From Bacteroidia bacterium (GTDB taxonomy: Bacteria; Bacteroidota; Bacteroidia; B-17B0; Aurantibacillaceae): a stretch of 64,000 nucleotides of DNA. Under the pieces are notes generated by a model that was given only the letters and a program-made list of their open reading frames with translations, had not been told where the DNA came from and ran no database searches. The stretch lies in the NCBI GenBank assembly GCA_018000995.1, contig JAGNIU010000007.1:1-64000 (forward strand). Direction: 5' to 3'. Shown one piece after another: positions 1 through 9,759 of the stretch (the first letter of the stretch is position 1; the number at the start of each line of letters is the position of its first letter). Made by a program: the position numbers and the translations under genes.

Positions 1-47
1 AGCTTTTGGATAGGGATTTAAAACGATGCAGGTCTTGGGTTTGGAAC

Positions 48-88
48 AAAAAAAAGCTCCGAACATGAAACGGAGCTTTTTCTTTCTT
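48..88. terminator. GC hairpin (agctccg..cggagct) with flanking A/T runs; bidirectional rho-independent terminator
   Basis: Perfect 7-bp stem at 55-61/71-77 followed by TTTTCTTTCTT; A-run on the 5' side serves the minus-strand PspC gene ending at 255. Confidence 0.5.
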
Positions 89-254
89 AATTAAAATAAA
101 CCAACTACACGAATCTACAATCTTTATCTACTACACTTATAATACACTAAAGGTTCAAAAGGAACAATTTATTTTAAGACGTTTAAGTGCTTTTAAAAGT
201 TACAGAACCACATTTCTTTTTTATCTCTTCTGTCCCTTAAGTCTCTTCAATCCC

Positions 255-2129
255 TTATTTCTCTCCCTTTTCGCCCTTATCTCCCTTTTCTCCCTTTTCA
301 CCTTTTGTATTAATATGAATGCCTTCATTATTTATCTTCACATGTCCGTCTTTTGAGTTTACATGAATGCCATCTTTGTTTATGTTCACGTTTGCATCTT
401 TAGCTTCTACATTAATATCACCCGGAGGAACAGGAGGAGCAGGGTGTTCGATTGGAGGAAGATTATGTATGTTATCGTCTTCATCAATTTCTAAACCTTC
501 ACAATCAATACACTCTAAACCATTTGCACCCATTATCCAGCGACGGTTAACCATATCGCCGTCGTAAGTGTTGTGTGAATTTTCAATATCGTAAATGATA
601 TTACTTAAGCTTTTATCAAGGAATACTACTTTTCCTTTTGGAACTTTTAAGATCACTTCTATTTCCTGCACTCTGAATTTTTCATTAGCAGCCACAGTAA
701 AAATTTCGTTAAACTGTATTGTGCTATCACCCGGAGTTATTTTGTAAGTAATTGCTTTTGCTCTTTCAATTGCAGCGCGTTTATCTACACCACGTGCTTT
801 TTTAATTACATACAATTCAAATTTATCTCCTGAAGCTTCTAAAATATTTAAGCGGGCATAACCAACAATAAATTTGTTTGAACCTGCTTTTGCAACCACG
901 TAATCGCTATGGCGACGGTGAACTTTGCGGTGATTGCCTTCATCATCATAATCTTCAAGGTCTTCTTCGTTTACACCTAAGTGTTCGTACATTTCTTTAC
1001 CTGGCGCCATGCTCAAATAAATAGTGTCACGGTTTAAATTTAACTGTACAGGTTCTTTAACTTTTCCTACTTCATTAAAATCTTGTCCGGTTGTTATACC
1101 AACAAATAGTACAGTAATTAAACCAACTAACCACATGATTCCGGCAGAAATATTTAACCAACGATTACTATAGTGAATTTTGAATAATAATTTCACGCCA
1201 CCATAAATCATCATTAAGAAAGGAATACCGAAGAATAATACAATTCCAATTAATCCTAGGGTATAATGACTTCTCTCCATAAAGAAAATATTAATCCAAT
1301 CGTTCATTTCGGTATTGGCACCAACAATTGAGAAACCAAATACACTTGAAATTAATCCTAGCATAAACATCACACCAAAAATCAATAGTATTAAACCAAT
1401 TATTCTAGCGAAAAATTTAGTGAAGATGATTAGGAATTCTTTTATGAAGTTTCCCAATTTATCGAAGAAGTTTTGAGAATCATTTCTGAAGTCTTTGCTA
1501 TTGTTTCTGATATCGTCGCCATATTTTTTAGCGCGTTTCTTAAATTGTTCAGCTTCTTCCTTAACCGATTTACTTATATTATTGATGTCGATTTTTTCAC
1601 CTTTCATAGCTAATTTATCGGCTGTAGTTTTTGCTTCCGGAATAACAATCCATAAAATGATGTACACCCAAAGAGAAACACCACCGAAGAAAATTAAAAG
1701 GAACATAGCTAAGCGAATCCAAACGATATCAACATCAAAATAATTGGAGATACCTGAACACACACCACCAACAGCTTTACGGTCTGGATCACGGAACAAA
1801 CGTTTTTTAGTTGGCTCTGTGTTGTAGTCGTTTTCCGATTCTTCTTCTTGAGAAGATTCAGTGTGGCCTTCCATAAACTCTTCCGGTTTACCCATGGTTT
1901 CAATAACGGAATCCACATCGGCCATCAATACCACTTGTTTAATAGCACTGGTTTTACCTTGTAACATCTCTGCTATGCGCGCTTCAATATCGCTCATAAT
2001 TTCGCTGCCACCGTCGGTTTTACTGAAATATCCTTTTATGGTATTCAGGTATTTACTAAGCTTTTCAAAAGCATCTTCTTCAATATGGAAAATGATGCCG
2101 CTTATATTTATGGTAACTGTCTTATTCAT
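255..2129 (-). CDS. PspC-domain membrane protein with long C-terminal extracytoplasmic region and C-terminal GEK collagen-like repeats
   Basis: 624-aa ORF; PspC-like segment (RLFRDPDRKAVGGVCSGISNYFDVDIVWIRLAMFLL) followed by TM helices; ends with KGEKGEKGDKGEKGEK; immediately downstream of a PadR gene. Confidence 0.75.
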   Translation of the reverse strand: MNKTVTINISGIIFHIEEDAFEKLSKYLNTIKGYFSKTDGGSEIMSDIEARIAEMLQGKTSAIKQVVLMADVDSVIETMGKPEEFMEGHTESSQEEESENDYNTEPTKKRLFRDPDRKAVGGVCSGISNYFDVDIVWIRLAMFLLIFFGGVSLWVYIILWIVIPEAKTTADKLAMKGEKIDINNISKSVKEEAEQFKKRAKKYGDDIRNNSKDFRNDSQNFFDKLGNFIKEFLIIFTKFFARIIGLILLIFGVMFMLGLISSVFGFSIVGANTEMNDWINIFFMERSHYTLGLIGIVLFFGIPFLMMIYGGVKLLFKIHYSNRWLNISAGIMWLVGLITVLFVGITTGQDFNEVGKVKEPVQLNLNRDTIYLSMAPGKEMYEHLGVNEEDLEDYDDEGNHRKVHRRHSDYVVAKAGSNKFIVGYARLNILEASGDKFELYVIKKARGVDKRAAIERAKAITYKITPGDSTIQFNEIFTVAANEKFRVQEIEVILKVPKGKVVFLDKSLSNIIYDIENSHNTYDGDMVNRRWIMGANGLECIDCEGLEIDEDDNIHNLPPIEHPAPPVPPGDINVEAKDANVNINKDGIHVNSKDGHVKINNEGIHINTKGEKGEKGDKGEKGEK

Positions 2130-2161
2130 CTTGTTGTTTTTTAATATTTTTATTTATTTAA

Positions 2162-2491
2162 TTACGAAATAGTTTTGTTTACGATATCGGTTAACTCGAA
2201 CCACGATTGTTGAATTTCTTTTAAGTACTGCTCGCCAATTTCGGTGAGCTTGTAATACTTGCGGGGCGGACCCGATGTACTTTCTTCCCAACGGTAAGCA
2301 AGTAATCCGGTATTTTTTAATCGTGTTAACAGCGGGTAAAGGGTTCCTTCAACTACAACTAACTTTGTTTCTTTTAGCTTATCAATTATTTCGGTTGGAT
2401 AAGCGTCGCCTTTCGACAAGATAGAAAGTATGCATAGTTCAAGAACACCTTTTCGCATTTGGGCCTTTGTGTTCTCTGAATTTACTGACAT
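2162..2491 (-). CDS. PadR family transcriptional regulator
   Basis: 109 aa; winged-helix PadR signature (GDAYPTEIIDKL..EGTLYPLLTRLKNTGLL..YYKLTEIGEQYL). Confidence 0.85.
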   Translation of the reverse strand: MSVNSENTKAQMRKGVLELCILSILSKGDAYPTEIIDKLKETKLVVVEGTLYPLLTRLKNTGLLAYRWEESTSGPPRKYYKLTEIGEQYLKEIQQSWFELTDIVNKTIS

Positions 2492-2493
2492 AG

Positions 2494-2850
2494 TTAAATA
2501 GTTTTAAAGTTTAATACTACGCTGTAAGCAACATTTGCTTTTAGCTTATTTAAAGTTAATTGCGAAAATTGTTTTTCAATTTCAGCTTTCACGTTTTTGT
2601 TATCTGTTTTTGCTAAAACAAAGTTCACACTTCCGTTTTCTGATGTTGTAAAAACAACTTCAACTTTTTGCTCTTGATGTTGAACCGGTAAAATAAGTTT
2701 TGGAAACTTTACATGTTCCTTAATTGTTTTTCCTGTTTCAATTGAAATCTCGCTTCCATTACTTGCTTGTAATAAAAACGAGCCGAGTGTTAAGGCAACA
2801 AGAGCTGTTGCTTTAATTACTTTTCCTGTGATGTTTGTTGTCTTCTTCAT
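2494..2850 (-). CDS. hypothetical secreted protein (signal peptide), first gene of PadR-PspC operon
   Basis: 118 aa; N-terminal hydrophobic signal (ATALVALTLGSFLLQA); 3-bp gap to PadR gene. Confidence 0.5.
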   Translation of the reverse strand: MKKTTNITGKVIKATALVALTLGSFLLQASNGSEISIETGKTIKEHVKFPKLILPVQHQEQKVEVVFTTSENGSVNFVLAKTDNKNVKAEIEKQFSQLTLNKLKANVAYSVVLNFKTI

Positions 2851-3090
2851 TTTCTTTATTTAATTTTTTATATTTTTTTTAAATCAGGTCTCTTTTTCCA
2901 ATCTGAGCTTTTTAACCGTTCTGCAGGTTCAGTGTATAAGCTACTAGTTGGTGACACAAAGATAAGTGGTTAAAAAGGTATTATGCAACACATAGTACTA
3001 AAAAAGTATATAAGTAATTGAAAATCAATGAGAATAATTTTTTAGCAATCCCATAAAAAAGCGTAAATTTGTAATCTCTACAATAAAATA

Positions 3091-3882
3091 ATGCACGATT
3101 ACGGTCAAGATCTCAATCAATTACTCTCAATTCAAGGCATAATTAGCCTCTTCACCTTATCGGTTCTCGAAATAGTTTTAGGTATAGATAACATTATCTT
3201 CATTTCTATCATTGCCGATCGTCTGCCAAGAGCAAATCAACAAAAGGCCAGAAGAATTGGTTTGGTTCTAGCTTTAGTAGTACGATGTATTCTTTTATTC
3301 TCTATCGGATGGATTGCCTCCATGAAAGATCCTTTATTTCATTTAGGTATTTATGGTGTATCGGGTAGGGCTTTAATTTTATTTGTGGGCGGTGTATTCT
3401 TATTATACAAAACCTGGGGCGAGATTAAAGAAAAAATGAATGGCGTTGATCACGAAATAAATTCTAAAAAAGGAAGTGATACATTTCGCGCCATTGTATT
3501 GCAGATTGTATTAATTGACATCGTGTTCTCCTTCGATTCTATTTTAACGGCCGTGGGTTTATCCGGCAATATCATCATTATGATTTCGGCTGTTATCATA
3601 TCTATGATATTAATGATATTGTTCTCAGGTTATGTGGCTGAGTTCATTAATCGTAATCCGGGAATTAAAACAATAGCACTTTCTTTTTTATTGGTGATAG
3701 GCGGAGTTCTGTTAGCAGAATCGTTAGTTGATGCGTATAATACTACGGTTTCACACGAACATCACGTTGAGGTAAATAAAAATTACGCCTACGCTGCATT
3801 AGCGTTTGCCATGATGGTTGAACTCTTCAATATGCGTGAACATAAAATTAAACGCGATAAAGATTTTAAACAGGAAAACTAG
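3091..3882 (+). CDS. TerC family integral membrane protein
   Basis: 263 aa; multiple TM helices; GIDNIIFISIIADRLP motif typical of TerC/YjbE family. Confidence 0.8.
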   Translation: MHDYGQDLNQLLSIQGIISLFTLSVLEIVLGIDNIIFISIIADRLPRANQQKARRIGLVLALVVRCILLFSIGWIASMKDPLFHLGIYGVSGRALILFVGGVFLLYKTWGEIKEKMNGVDHEINSKKGSDTFRAIVLQIVLIDIVFSFDSILTAVGLSGNIIIMISAVIISMILMILFSGYVAEFINRNPGIKTIALSFLLVIGGVLLAESLVDAYNTTVSHEHHVEVNKNYAYAALAFAMMVELFNMREHKIKRDKDFKQEN

Positions 3883-4544
3883 TTTACCTTATCTAATTTC
3901 TTTTTAATATCATCCACCACTTTTTTCTGAGCATCTATTTCTGATTTCTTTTTGCTCTGACTGGCTTCGTTATCTTTTATATCGCTCTCTGCTTTTGAGA
4001 TTTTCTTTTTGTAATCTTCAATATCGTCCTTATACCCTTTGTTTTTTTTCTCAAGGTCTTTTTGATCACTTTCTAAACTACTAAAGATTTTTTCTGCTGC
4101 TGATACCTGATCTTTAATATTATCCTTTGTCATATCAATGGCAAATTCTTTCATCATTTTCTCAATGTAGTTGTATTTGTCTTTATCCGACGAAGTTAAA
4201 TAAGCGCCGCCTAAATCTACTGCTACACTCATGGTCACCGTTTTCTTTTCCTTGTCTTCATCAAACTTCGAGTAAATATCTACAGGATTATTACCCCAAT
4301 CTTTAATTAAAATATTATCGCCAAAAATCTCATCACCTTTCCACTTCACTTTTTCATCCTTAAAATCATTTAATTTACTTTTCCATTTAGTCATGGCTTT
4401 GTCTTTGTCACCCTCGTAAATTGTAGTAGTTAAACAATCGTGACTACCAGAAGAGAATTTCTCGTTCCCGCTTTTTACTTTTACTTCTTGTGCAAAAGAG
4501 AATGCTGTTAAGGCAATGAATGCTGAGGTAATAATTTTTTTCAT
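3879..4544 (-). CDS. hypothetical lysine-rich secreted/lipoprotein
   Basis: 221 aa; signal peptide (MKKIITSAFIALTAFSFAQ); charged, coiled-coil-like KD-rich C-terminus. Confidence 0.45.
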   Translation of the reverse strand: MKKIITSAFIALTAFSFAQEVKVKSGNEKFSSGSHDCLTTTIYEGDKDKAMTKWKSKLNDFKDEKVKWKGDEIFGDNILIKDWGNNPVDIYSKFDEDKEKKTVTMSVAVDLGGAYLTSSDKDKYNYIEKMMKEFAIDMTKDNIKDQVSAAEKIFSSLESDQKDLEKKNKGYKDDIEDYKKKISKAESDIKDNEASQSKKKSEIDAQKKVVDDIKKKLDKVN

Positions 4545-4590
4545 AGTTTCTTTTTTAAAATTAATAAATCGGTGACTGAGCTTGTCGAAG

Positions 4591-4830
4591 TCAGAACTCT
4601 ATATCCCAAACGCTTTTGCGTTTTTTGTAAAATGATGGCTTGAAATAATTTTTGTGCTCTAAAATAAAAGCCATGATAAAATAAATAATAATCGGACTGC
4701 CAAAGGTGAAAAACGAAAGGTAAATAAAGTACATGCGAATGTTGGTCGTTTTAATTCCCAACTTTTTTCCCCACCATTCACAAACCCCGAAGGCTTGTTG
4801 TTCAAACCAGGTTATAATTCGTCTTACCAT
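4591..4830 (-). CDS. small PspC-domain membrane protein
   Basis: 79 aa; PspC-like N-terminus (GVCEWWGKKLGIKTTNIRMYFIYLSFFTFGSPIIIYFIMAFIL) with one TM. Confidence 0.55.
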   Translation of the reverse strand: MVRRIITWFEQQAFGVCEWWGKKLGIKTTNIRMYFIYLSFFTFGSPIIIYFIMAFILEHKNYFKPSFYKKRKSVWDIEF

Positions 4831-4999
4831 ATTACAAATATATAAAAAAATGCGAGTTACGAACGACGATTGACGAATGAAAAATTAAGAATGCAGAATT
4901 AAATTTAGAATCCCGAAGGGATGGTATTATTATAGCGAACAGAAAAGTTAAGACAGTAAACCCCGACGGGGTGACATATTGGAGAACACGAGCATAGCA

Positions 5000-6292
5000 C
5001 TAATAATTTTGAGTGGAGGAATTATTTATCAATAGATCAGAAGCCACTCCGCAGTCTAAACACCGTGTATTTTTACAATAATTATCAAAAAGGGTAATTA
5101 AACCCTGACTTTCAGCCGCAGTTTTGAATTTTAAACCTGCTTTTGTAAAGTGACGCGTTTTAACATTATCCTCAAAAGGAAGATTTTCAAAACATTCAAC
5201 AGCGGCTTCAATAAATTTATCCTTCCCGGTTTGTTGTCCGTAAAAAAATAAAAACGGCGCCATGGTATTAATAATAATATTTTCGACTGAGTTTTTTCCT
5301 AAGCCTTTTAAAGTTCTCACTTCGGGTCCGTCTATTTTATAATGATTACTCCAATATCCTTCGTGTGGATGTGAAATAGCTTTACTTAAAGTTTCAACCG
5401 AATTAAAATCTTCCGGATTTCTAAATAACTCAGAACATTTATGAATCAGCATCGCAAATTGCCATAAACGTACGGTTGGAAAATTAGCTGGACGTAATCT
5501 CAAAAACTTCCAAAGACTAATATCCAACTCTTTTAATTTGTATTTATTTTTCAAAAACTCAAATTCGTTTTGTAATTGCTGAATATATTTTGATTTGTAG
5601 GATTTATTTAGAAATCCTGCCGTTCCATATAGTAAAGCTTCTAATTGTAATAGGTTTGATGAATGCTTTAATAAAACAGAAAGTGGTAAATGTTTCGCCA
5701 ATAGTTCAAAGGGTTCTGCATTTACTTTGAATCCAAAATTGCGTGCGAGCATTAAATATAGGGTCTGCGAAAAATCATTTCGTGTTGCCGCAAAAACATG
5801 CGCAGCGTATTCGGTTTTAGTTTCTAAACGTTCAACTAACATTCGTTGCAACCACGATTGCATTTTTAGAGCTTCAACATTTTTTATTTGTTTAGAGCAG
5901 GGTAGGGAGTTGGTAGAAGAAATTAAGGAGTTGTATTTTTTTATGACAGATGCATTCAAATAATTTTTCAATTCTAACACTTCCACATTATGTTTTGTGT
6001 TTTGAGCAATGGCTTTATCATATTTATAAACCACATGCAAAATTAAATTATTGTAAGCTTTATCATTTTCGTGTCCGTGTTTTAACCAATCGGAGGAATT
6101 CACGTGAATTTCTACATTACCAACGAGTGTAATACCATCCACTTCAATTTTGGCATTAAAAAAATCAGGTCCCGCGTCTTTATTTAATTCACCCTGATGA
6201 AAGAGTTTTAGTTTAGCGCCATTAACACTAACTAATTCCTGCGTTTTTAAAAGTTTGTAGTTCCAAATAAAATGCAACAACTCTTCTTTCAT
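5000..6292 (-). CDS. DUF2851 family protein
   Basis: 430 aa; N-terminus MKEELLHFIWNYKLL..GPDFFNAKIE..HVNSSDWLKHGH characteristic of Bacteroidetes DUF2851. Confidence 0.6.
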   Translation of the reverse strand: MKEELLHFIWNYKLLKTQELVSVNGAKLKLFHQGELNKDAGPDFFNAKIEVDGITLVGNVEIHVNSSDWLKHGHENDKAYNNLILHVVYKYDKAIAQNTKHNVEVLELKNYLNASVIKKYNSLISSTNSLPCSKQIKNVEALKMQSWLQRMLVERLETKTEYAAHVFAATRNDFSQTLYLMLARNFGFKVNAEPFELLAKHLPLSVLLKHSSNLLQLEALLYGTAGFLNKSYKSKYIQQLQNEFEFLKNKYKLKELDISLWKFLRLRPANFPTVRLWQFAMLIHKCSELFRNPEDFNSVETLSKAISHPHEGYWSNHYKIDGPEVRTLKGLGKNSVENIIINTMAPFLFFYGQQTGKDKFIEAAVECFENLPFEDNVKTRHFTKAGLKFKTAAESQGLITLFDNYCKNTRCLDCGVASDLLINNSSTQNY

Positions 6293-6295
6293 GAT

Positions 6296-7063
6296 TTATG
6301 CGTACCCTTTTATTTTATAAGCTAAATAGCCAATCCACTCGTGAATCAACATGTTTAAATTAGACAATGCTTCGGCATTCGGAAGAAAACAATGATCCCA
6401 ATCAAATCGCCTTGGACCACTCATGCGGTTCGTTAAATAAGGTGTAATGTTTGTAAATCCTGCTTTTTTAAAGGTAGCCAACGAACGTGGCATGTGAAAA
6501 GCAGAAGTCACTAAAAGAACTGAACCATTAAATTTTAAACTGTCTAATATTTTTTTTGAAAAGGAAGCATTTTCAAAAGTGTTTTTCGATTCATTTTCAA
6601 TTATTAAAAGTGAATCAGGAACATGAATGGTATTTAAATATTTTTTCACATAAGCACCTTCTTTGTGTGTGGGGTAACGGATACTTCCCGAACCGCCGGT
6701 AAACATAATTTGTTTTACTCTTCCTTTATAAAAAAGGTCAAGTGTTTGAAAAAGTCTGTCGCCACCGGAACCAAAGTTTAATCGGTTTTGGCGCTCATCA
6801 ATACTTCCAATACCTCCTAAAACAATAGCCATATCATATTTTTCAGAACTTAGATAATAATCAGGAGTAACAGGTTCCCAGGCGCGGGCTAATTCATCAA
6901 TAAAAAACGAATTGCAGCAAATATAAATTAGAGCAAGGGCAGAGATGAGTAGTTTCTTTTTTCTTTTTTCATCTTTGGTTTTTAAGACCCAAATAAGAAG
7001 CGCAAAGAACCACACCATAGGTGAGACCAAAAAAGTTAATACCTTAGATAAAAAGAAAAACAT
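6296..7063 (-). CDS. YdcF/ElyC/SanA (DUF218) family protein
   Basis: 255 aa; N-terminal TM; DUF218 core (AIVLGGIGSIDERQNR..FTGGSG). Confidence 0.7.
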   Translation of the reverse strand: MFFFLSKVLTFLVSPMVWFFALLIWVLKTKDEKRKKKLLISALALIYICCNSFFIDELARAWEPVTPDYYLSSEKYDMAIVLGGIGSIDERQNRLNFGSGGDRLFQTLDLFYKGRVKQIMFTGGSGSIRYPTHKEGAYVKKYLNTIHVPDSLLIIENESKNTFENASFSKKILDSLKFNGSVLLVTSAFHMPRSLATFKKAGFTNITPYLTNRMSGPRRFDWDHCFLPNAEALSNLNMLIHEWIGYLAYKIKGYA

Positions 7064-7129
7064 AATATCACGAAATTAGTGATTTTTTCCTTCGTGCTGA
7101 GCTTGTCGAAGCATAAGGATGATAAAACA

Positions 7130-8137
7130 ATGAAAAATATTTTTAAAACAACCTGGAACCTGCTATTATGGGCTTTACTATGCTTTTGTTCCATTTTTCA
7201 TGAAACAACGGTTTATTTGTTTCATCAGTCTGTCGGACAAATTTCTATTCTTGTAAATACGCAAAGTATAGAGAAGTATGAGTTAGAGAATGTTTTAAGC
7301 CAAAAACAAAAGCAAAGTTTAGAACTAATTGAAAGTATAAAAAACTATTCGGTAGATAGTTTGAGTTATAAACTCACAAAGAATTTCACTACTATTTACA
7401 ATCAAAATGACAAGCCAATTTTGTGGGTTATCAGCGCTTCTTCAAAGTACAAAATAGAACCATTTTATTGGAAATTCCCTGTTGTAGGAAGCGTTTCATA
7501 TAAAGGTTTCTTCGATAAACAAAAAGCTATTGCAGCAAAAAACAAATTGATTTGTGAGGGATACGATGTGGATTTACGTTCGGTTTCCGCTTGGTCGACA
7601 CTCGGTTGGTTTCGCGACCCTGTGTTAAGTAATATGCTGAGCAGAAGTAAAGGTCAGTTGTGTAATTTAATTTTCCATGAATTATTTCACGCCACTTATT
7701 ATGCAGAAAGTTCGGTAGATTATAATGAAAATCTAGCTTCTTTTATTGCACATAAAGCCACACAACAATTTTTGCGTACCGATTCAATGGAATTAAGAAA
7801 CTATCTTGAAAGTTATAACGATAATAAAATTATTGATACGCATATTACGGGTCAGTTGAAAAGCTTGAACCGTTTTTATGATAGTATTTCCGGTTTTTCT
7901 GACCAACGAAAAGGAGTGCTTAAATTGCAAAAGCTTTCTCAAATTTCAAGTTCTTTAAATAAGCTTCCGTTGGCTAACGCAGCGAGGGTAAAACCCATTC
8001 AAAATAATATTTTAGAGTTTAAAAACGCCTGGTTTGTTGATTTCGGTCAGTATAATAGCTTACAGGACTCCCTCGAAGAGGTTTTTAACAAAATTTATCA
8101 ATCCGATTTGGCAAAAATGGTACAATCTTTGAAATGA
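7130..8137 (+). CDS. predicted zinc-dependent aminopeptidase (HExxH metallopeptidase)
   Basis: ORF track start 7079 reads through an upstream repeat; better start at ATG 7130 (MKNIFKTTWNLLLWALL signal); HELFH motif; resembles Bacteroidetes predicted-aminopeptidase family. Confidence 0.6.
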   Translation: MKNIFKTTWNLLLWALLCFCSIFHETTVYLFHQSVGQISILVNTQSIEKYELENVLSQKQKQSLELIESIKNYSVDSLSYKLTKNFTTIYNQNDKPILWVISASSKYKIEPFYWKFPVVGSVSYKGFFDKQKAIAAKNKLICEGYDVDLRSVSAWSTLGWFRDPVLSNMLSRSKGQLCNLIFHELFHATYYAESSVDYNENLASFIAHKATQQFLRTDSMELRNYLESYNDNKIIDTHITGQLKSLNRFYDSISGFSDQRKGVLKLQKLSQISSSLNKLPLANAARVKPIQNNILEFKNAWFVDFGQYNSLQDSLEEVFNKIYQSDLAKMVQSLK

Positions 8138-8177
8138 AACCCTCTGTAAATAATAGCATTTAAAGTATATTTGATTT

Positions 8178-9707
8178 ATGAAGAAATTGATCCCCTTTTT
8201 ACTGGTATTTTTTGGTTTTCAAGCCGGTGCCCAGTACGCTTACGAGATAAAAATTAACGTTAAAGGCTTCCCCGATTCGGTAGCTTATCTTGCTAAATAC
8301 ACTTTTGGTAAGCAATATATTGTCGACACCTGCAAAACAGCATGGAAAGGAAATATTGTATTTAAAGGAAAAACTGAGTTGGATAAGGGAATGTATTTCT
8401 TAGCCAGTTTAGATAAAGAAGGAAAAGCCATTCACCGTTTCGATTTTGTTATTGATGACAGCTTTAAATTCGCGCTTACTTCTGATATGGCGGATTTACA
8501 ATACAATCTTAAAAGTGTAGGTTCAAAAGAGAATGAAGAATTTTTTAACTATGCGCGTTTCTATGTAGATAAAAACAAAGAATTTACCGGTTTAGCTCCT
8601 AAAACAAAGGGTATGAATAAAGCGGATTCAGCAAAGTTCATGCAAGACAAAGCAAAAACGTTTACCGAAGAGGTTGTAAAATTTGAAGCCGATTTTATTA
8701 AGAAGAATGAAGGTACTTTTTTAGGCGCTTGGTTAAATTTAAGAACTGAAAAGGAAGCGAAAACTTACCCTGCTGGTTTAAAAAACAGAAATGACAGTAC
8801 TATGTACCGCTTTAATTATTATAAAAGTCATTATTGGGATGGTGTAGATTTTAAAGATGGTAGAATTATTCGTAATCAGTTTTTTGATTCGAGGTTGAAA
8901 AAATATTTTGAGCAAATAGTTAATCAATTAGGTCCGGATACAGTAGCAAATGAAATCGATAAAATTTTATCGCAATGCGAGCCGGGCACTGAGTTATTTA
9001 ATTTCTTGTTTGTTCATTTTATGGTGGAGTACGAAAATCCAAAATTGGTTGGCTTCGATAAAGTGTTTGTGATGTTGGTAGATAAATACATTCGTACCGG
9101 TAAATCAGGAAAAATTTACGATGAAAAAACAACTACAAAAATTGTTGAGAAAGCCGATATCATCAAACCTTTATTAATTGGTTCAGTGGCACCTGATTTA
9201 TATATGATTGATACGGTGAATGCGAAAATTGTAAATAAAATGGGTTTTGATACTGCCTCTACAAGCGAATCGATTACGAAACTGTATTATAAAAATATGG
9301 ATAAGCTAGCACCGCTTTACAAAACTCTATCATCGGTACAAGCTAAATACATTGTGTTGGTGTTTTGGGATGTAGATTGTAGTCATTGTGTGACTGAAAT
9401 CCCGAAACTACTAGAAATTTATCACGATTTAAGAAAGACTGTAGACGTAAAAGTATTTTCGGTTTATACAGTGTATGAATTTGATAAATGGAGGAAATAC
9501 ATCATCGACAAAAAATTGGATTTCATAAATGTATATGACCCGGTTCATATAAATAATATAAAAACCAAATACGATATTTTCTCAACTCCAAAAGTGTATT
9601 TACTCGATAAAAACAAAATCATAAAGTCGAAACACATGCCGGTAGAAAAAATTACAGATTTAATAAAAGCGTTTGAAGAAGAAGAAAAGGCAAAGAAGCC
9701 AAAGTAA
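8178..9707 (+). CDS. DUF-domain + TlpA-like thioredoxin-fold thiol:disulfide oxidoreductase
   Basis: 509 aa; signal peptide; C-terminal thioredoxin fold with CxxC (VLVFWDVDCSHCV); tandem paralog of next gene. Confidence 0.65.
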   Translation: MKKLIPFLLVFFGFQAGAQYAYEIKINVKGFPDSVAYLAKYTFGKQYIVDTCKTAWKGNIVFKGKTELDKGMYFLASLDKEGKAIHRFDFVIDDSFKFALTSDMADLQYNLKSVGSKENEEFFNYARFYVDKNKEFTGLAPKTKGMNKADSAKFMQDKAKTFTEEVVKFEADFIKKNEGTFLGAWLNLRTEKEAKTYPAGLKNRNDSTMYRFNYYKSHYWDGVDFKDGRIIRNQFFDSRLKKYFEQIVNQLGPDTVANEIDKILSQCEPGTELFNFLFVHFMVEYENPKLVGFDKVFVMLVDKYIRTGKSGKIYDEKTTTKIVEKADIIKPLLIGSVAPDLYMIDTVNAKIVNKMGFDTASTSESITKLYYKNMDKLAPLYKTLSSVQAKYIVLVFWDVDCSHCVTEIPKLLEIYHDLRKTVDVKVFSVYTVYEFDKWRKYIIDKKLDFINVYDPVHINNIKTKYDIFSTPKVYLLDKNKIIKSKHMPVEKITDLIKAFEEEEKAKKPK

Positions 9708-9759
9708 TCGATTTTGTAAGTCTGACTGAATAATTAACTTTGTGTAGGAATTAAAATTT

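Noticed and set aside
367-2172. Several 60-100-aa plus-strand ORFs (367..567, 1495..1743, 1861..2172) and a nested minus-strand ORF (1709..1918) inside the PspC gene
   Set aside because: They lie wholly within the long, well-supported minus-strand PspC coding region, have low-complexity or biased composition and no motifs
2851-3090. Possible yybP-ykoY (Mn) riboswitch upstream of the TerC gene
   Set aside because: The 240-bp leader would fit, but I could not find the conserved GGAGAGUAG-type core by eye; an Infernal scan would settle it
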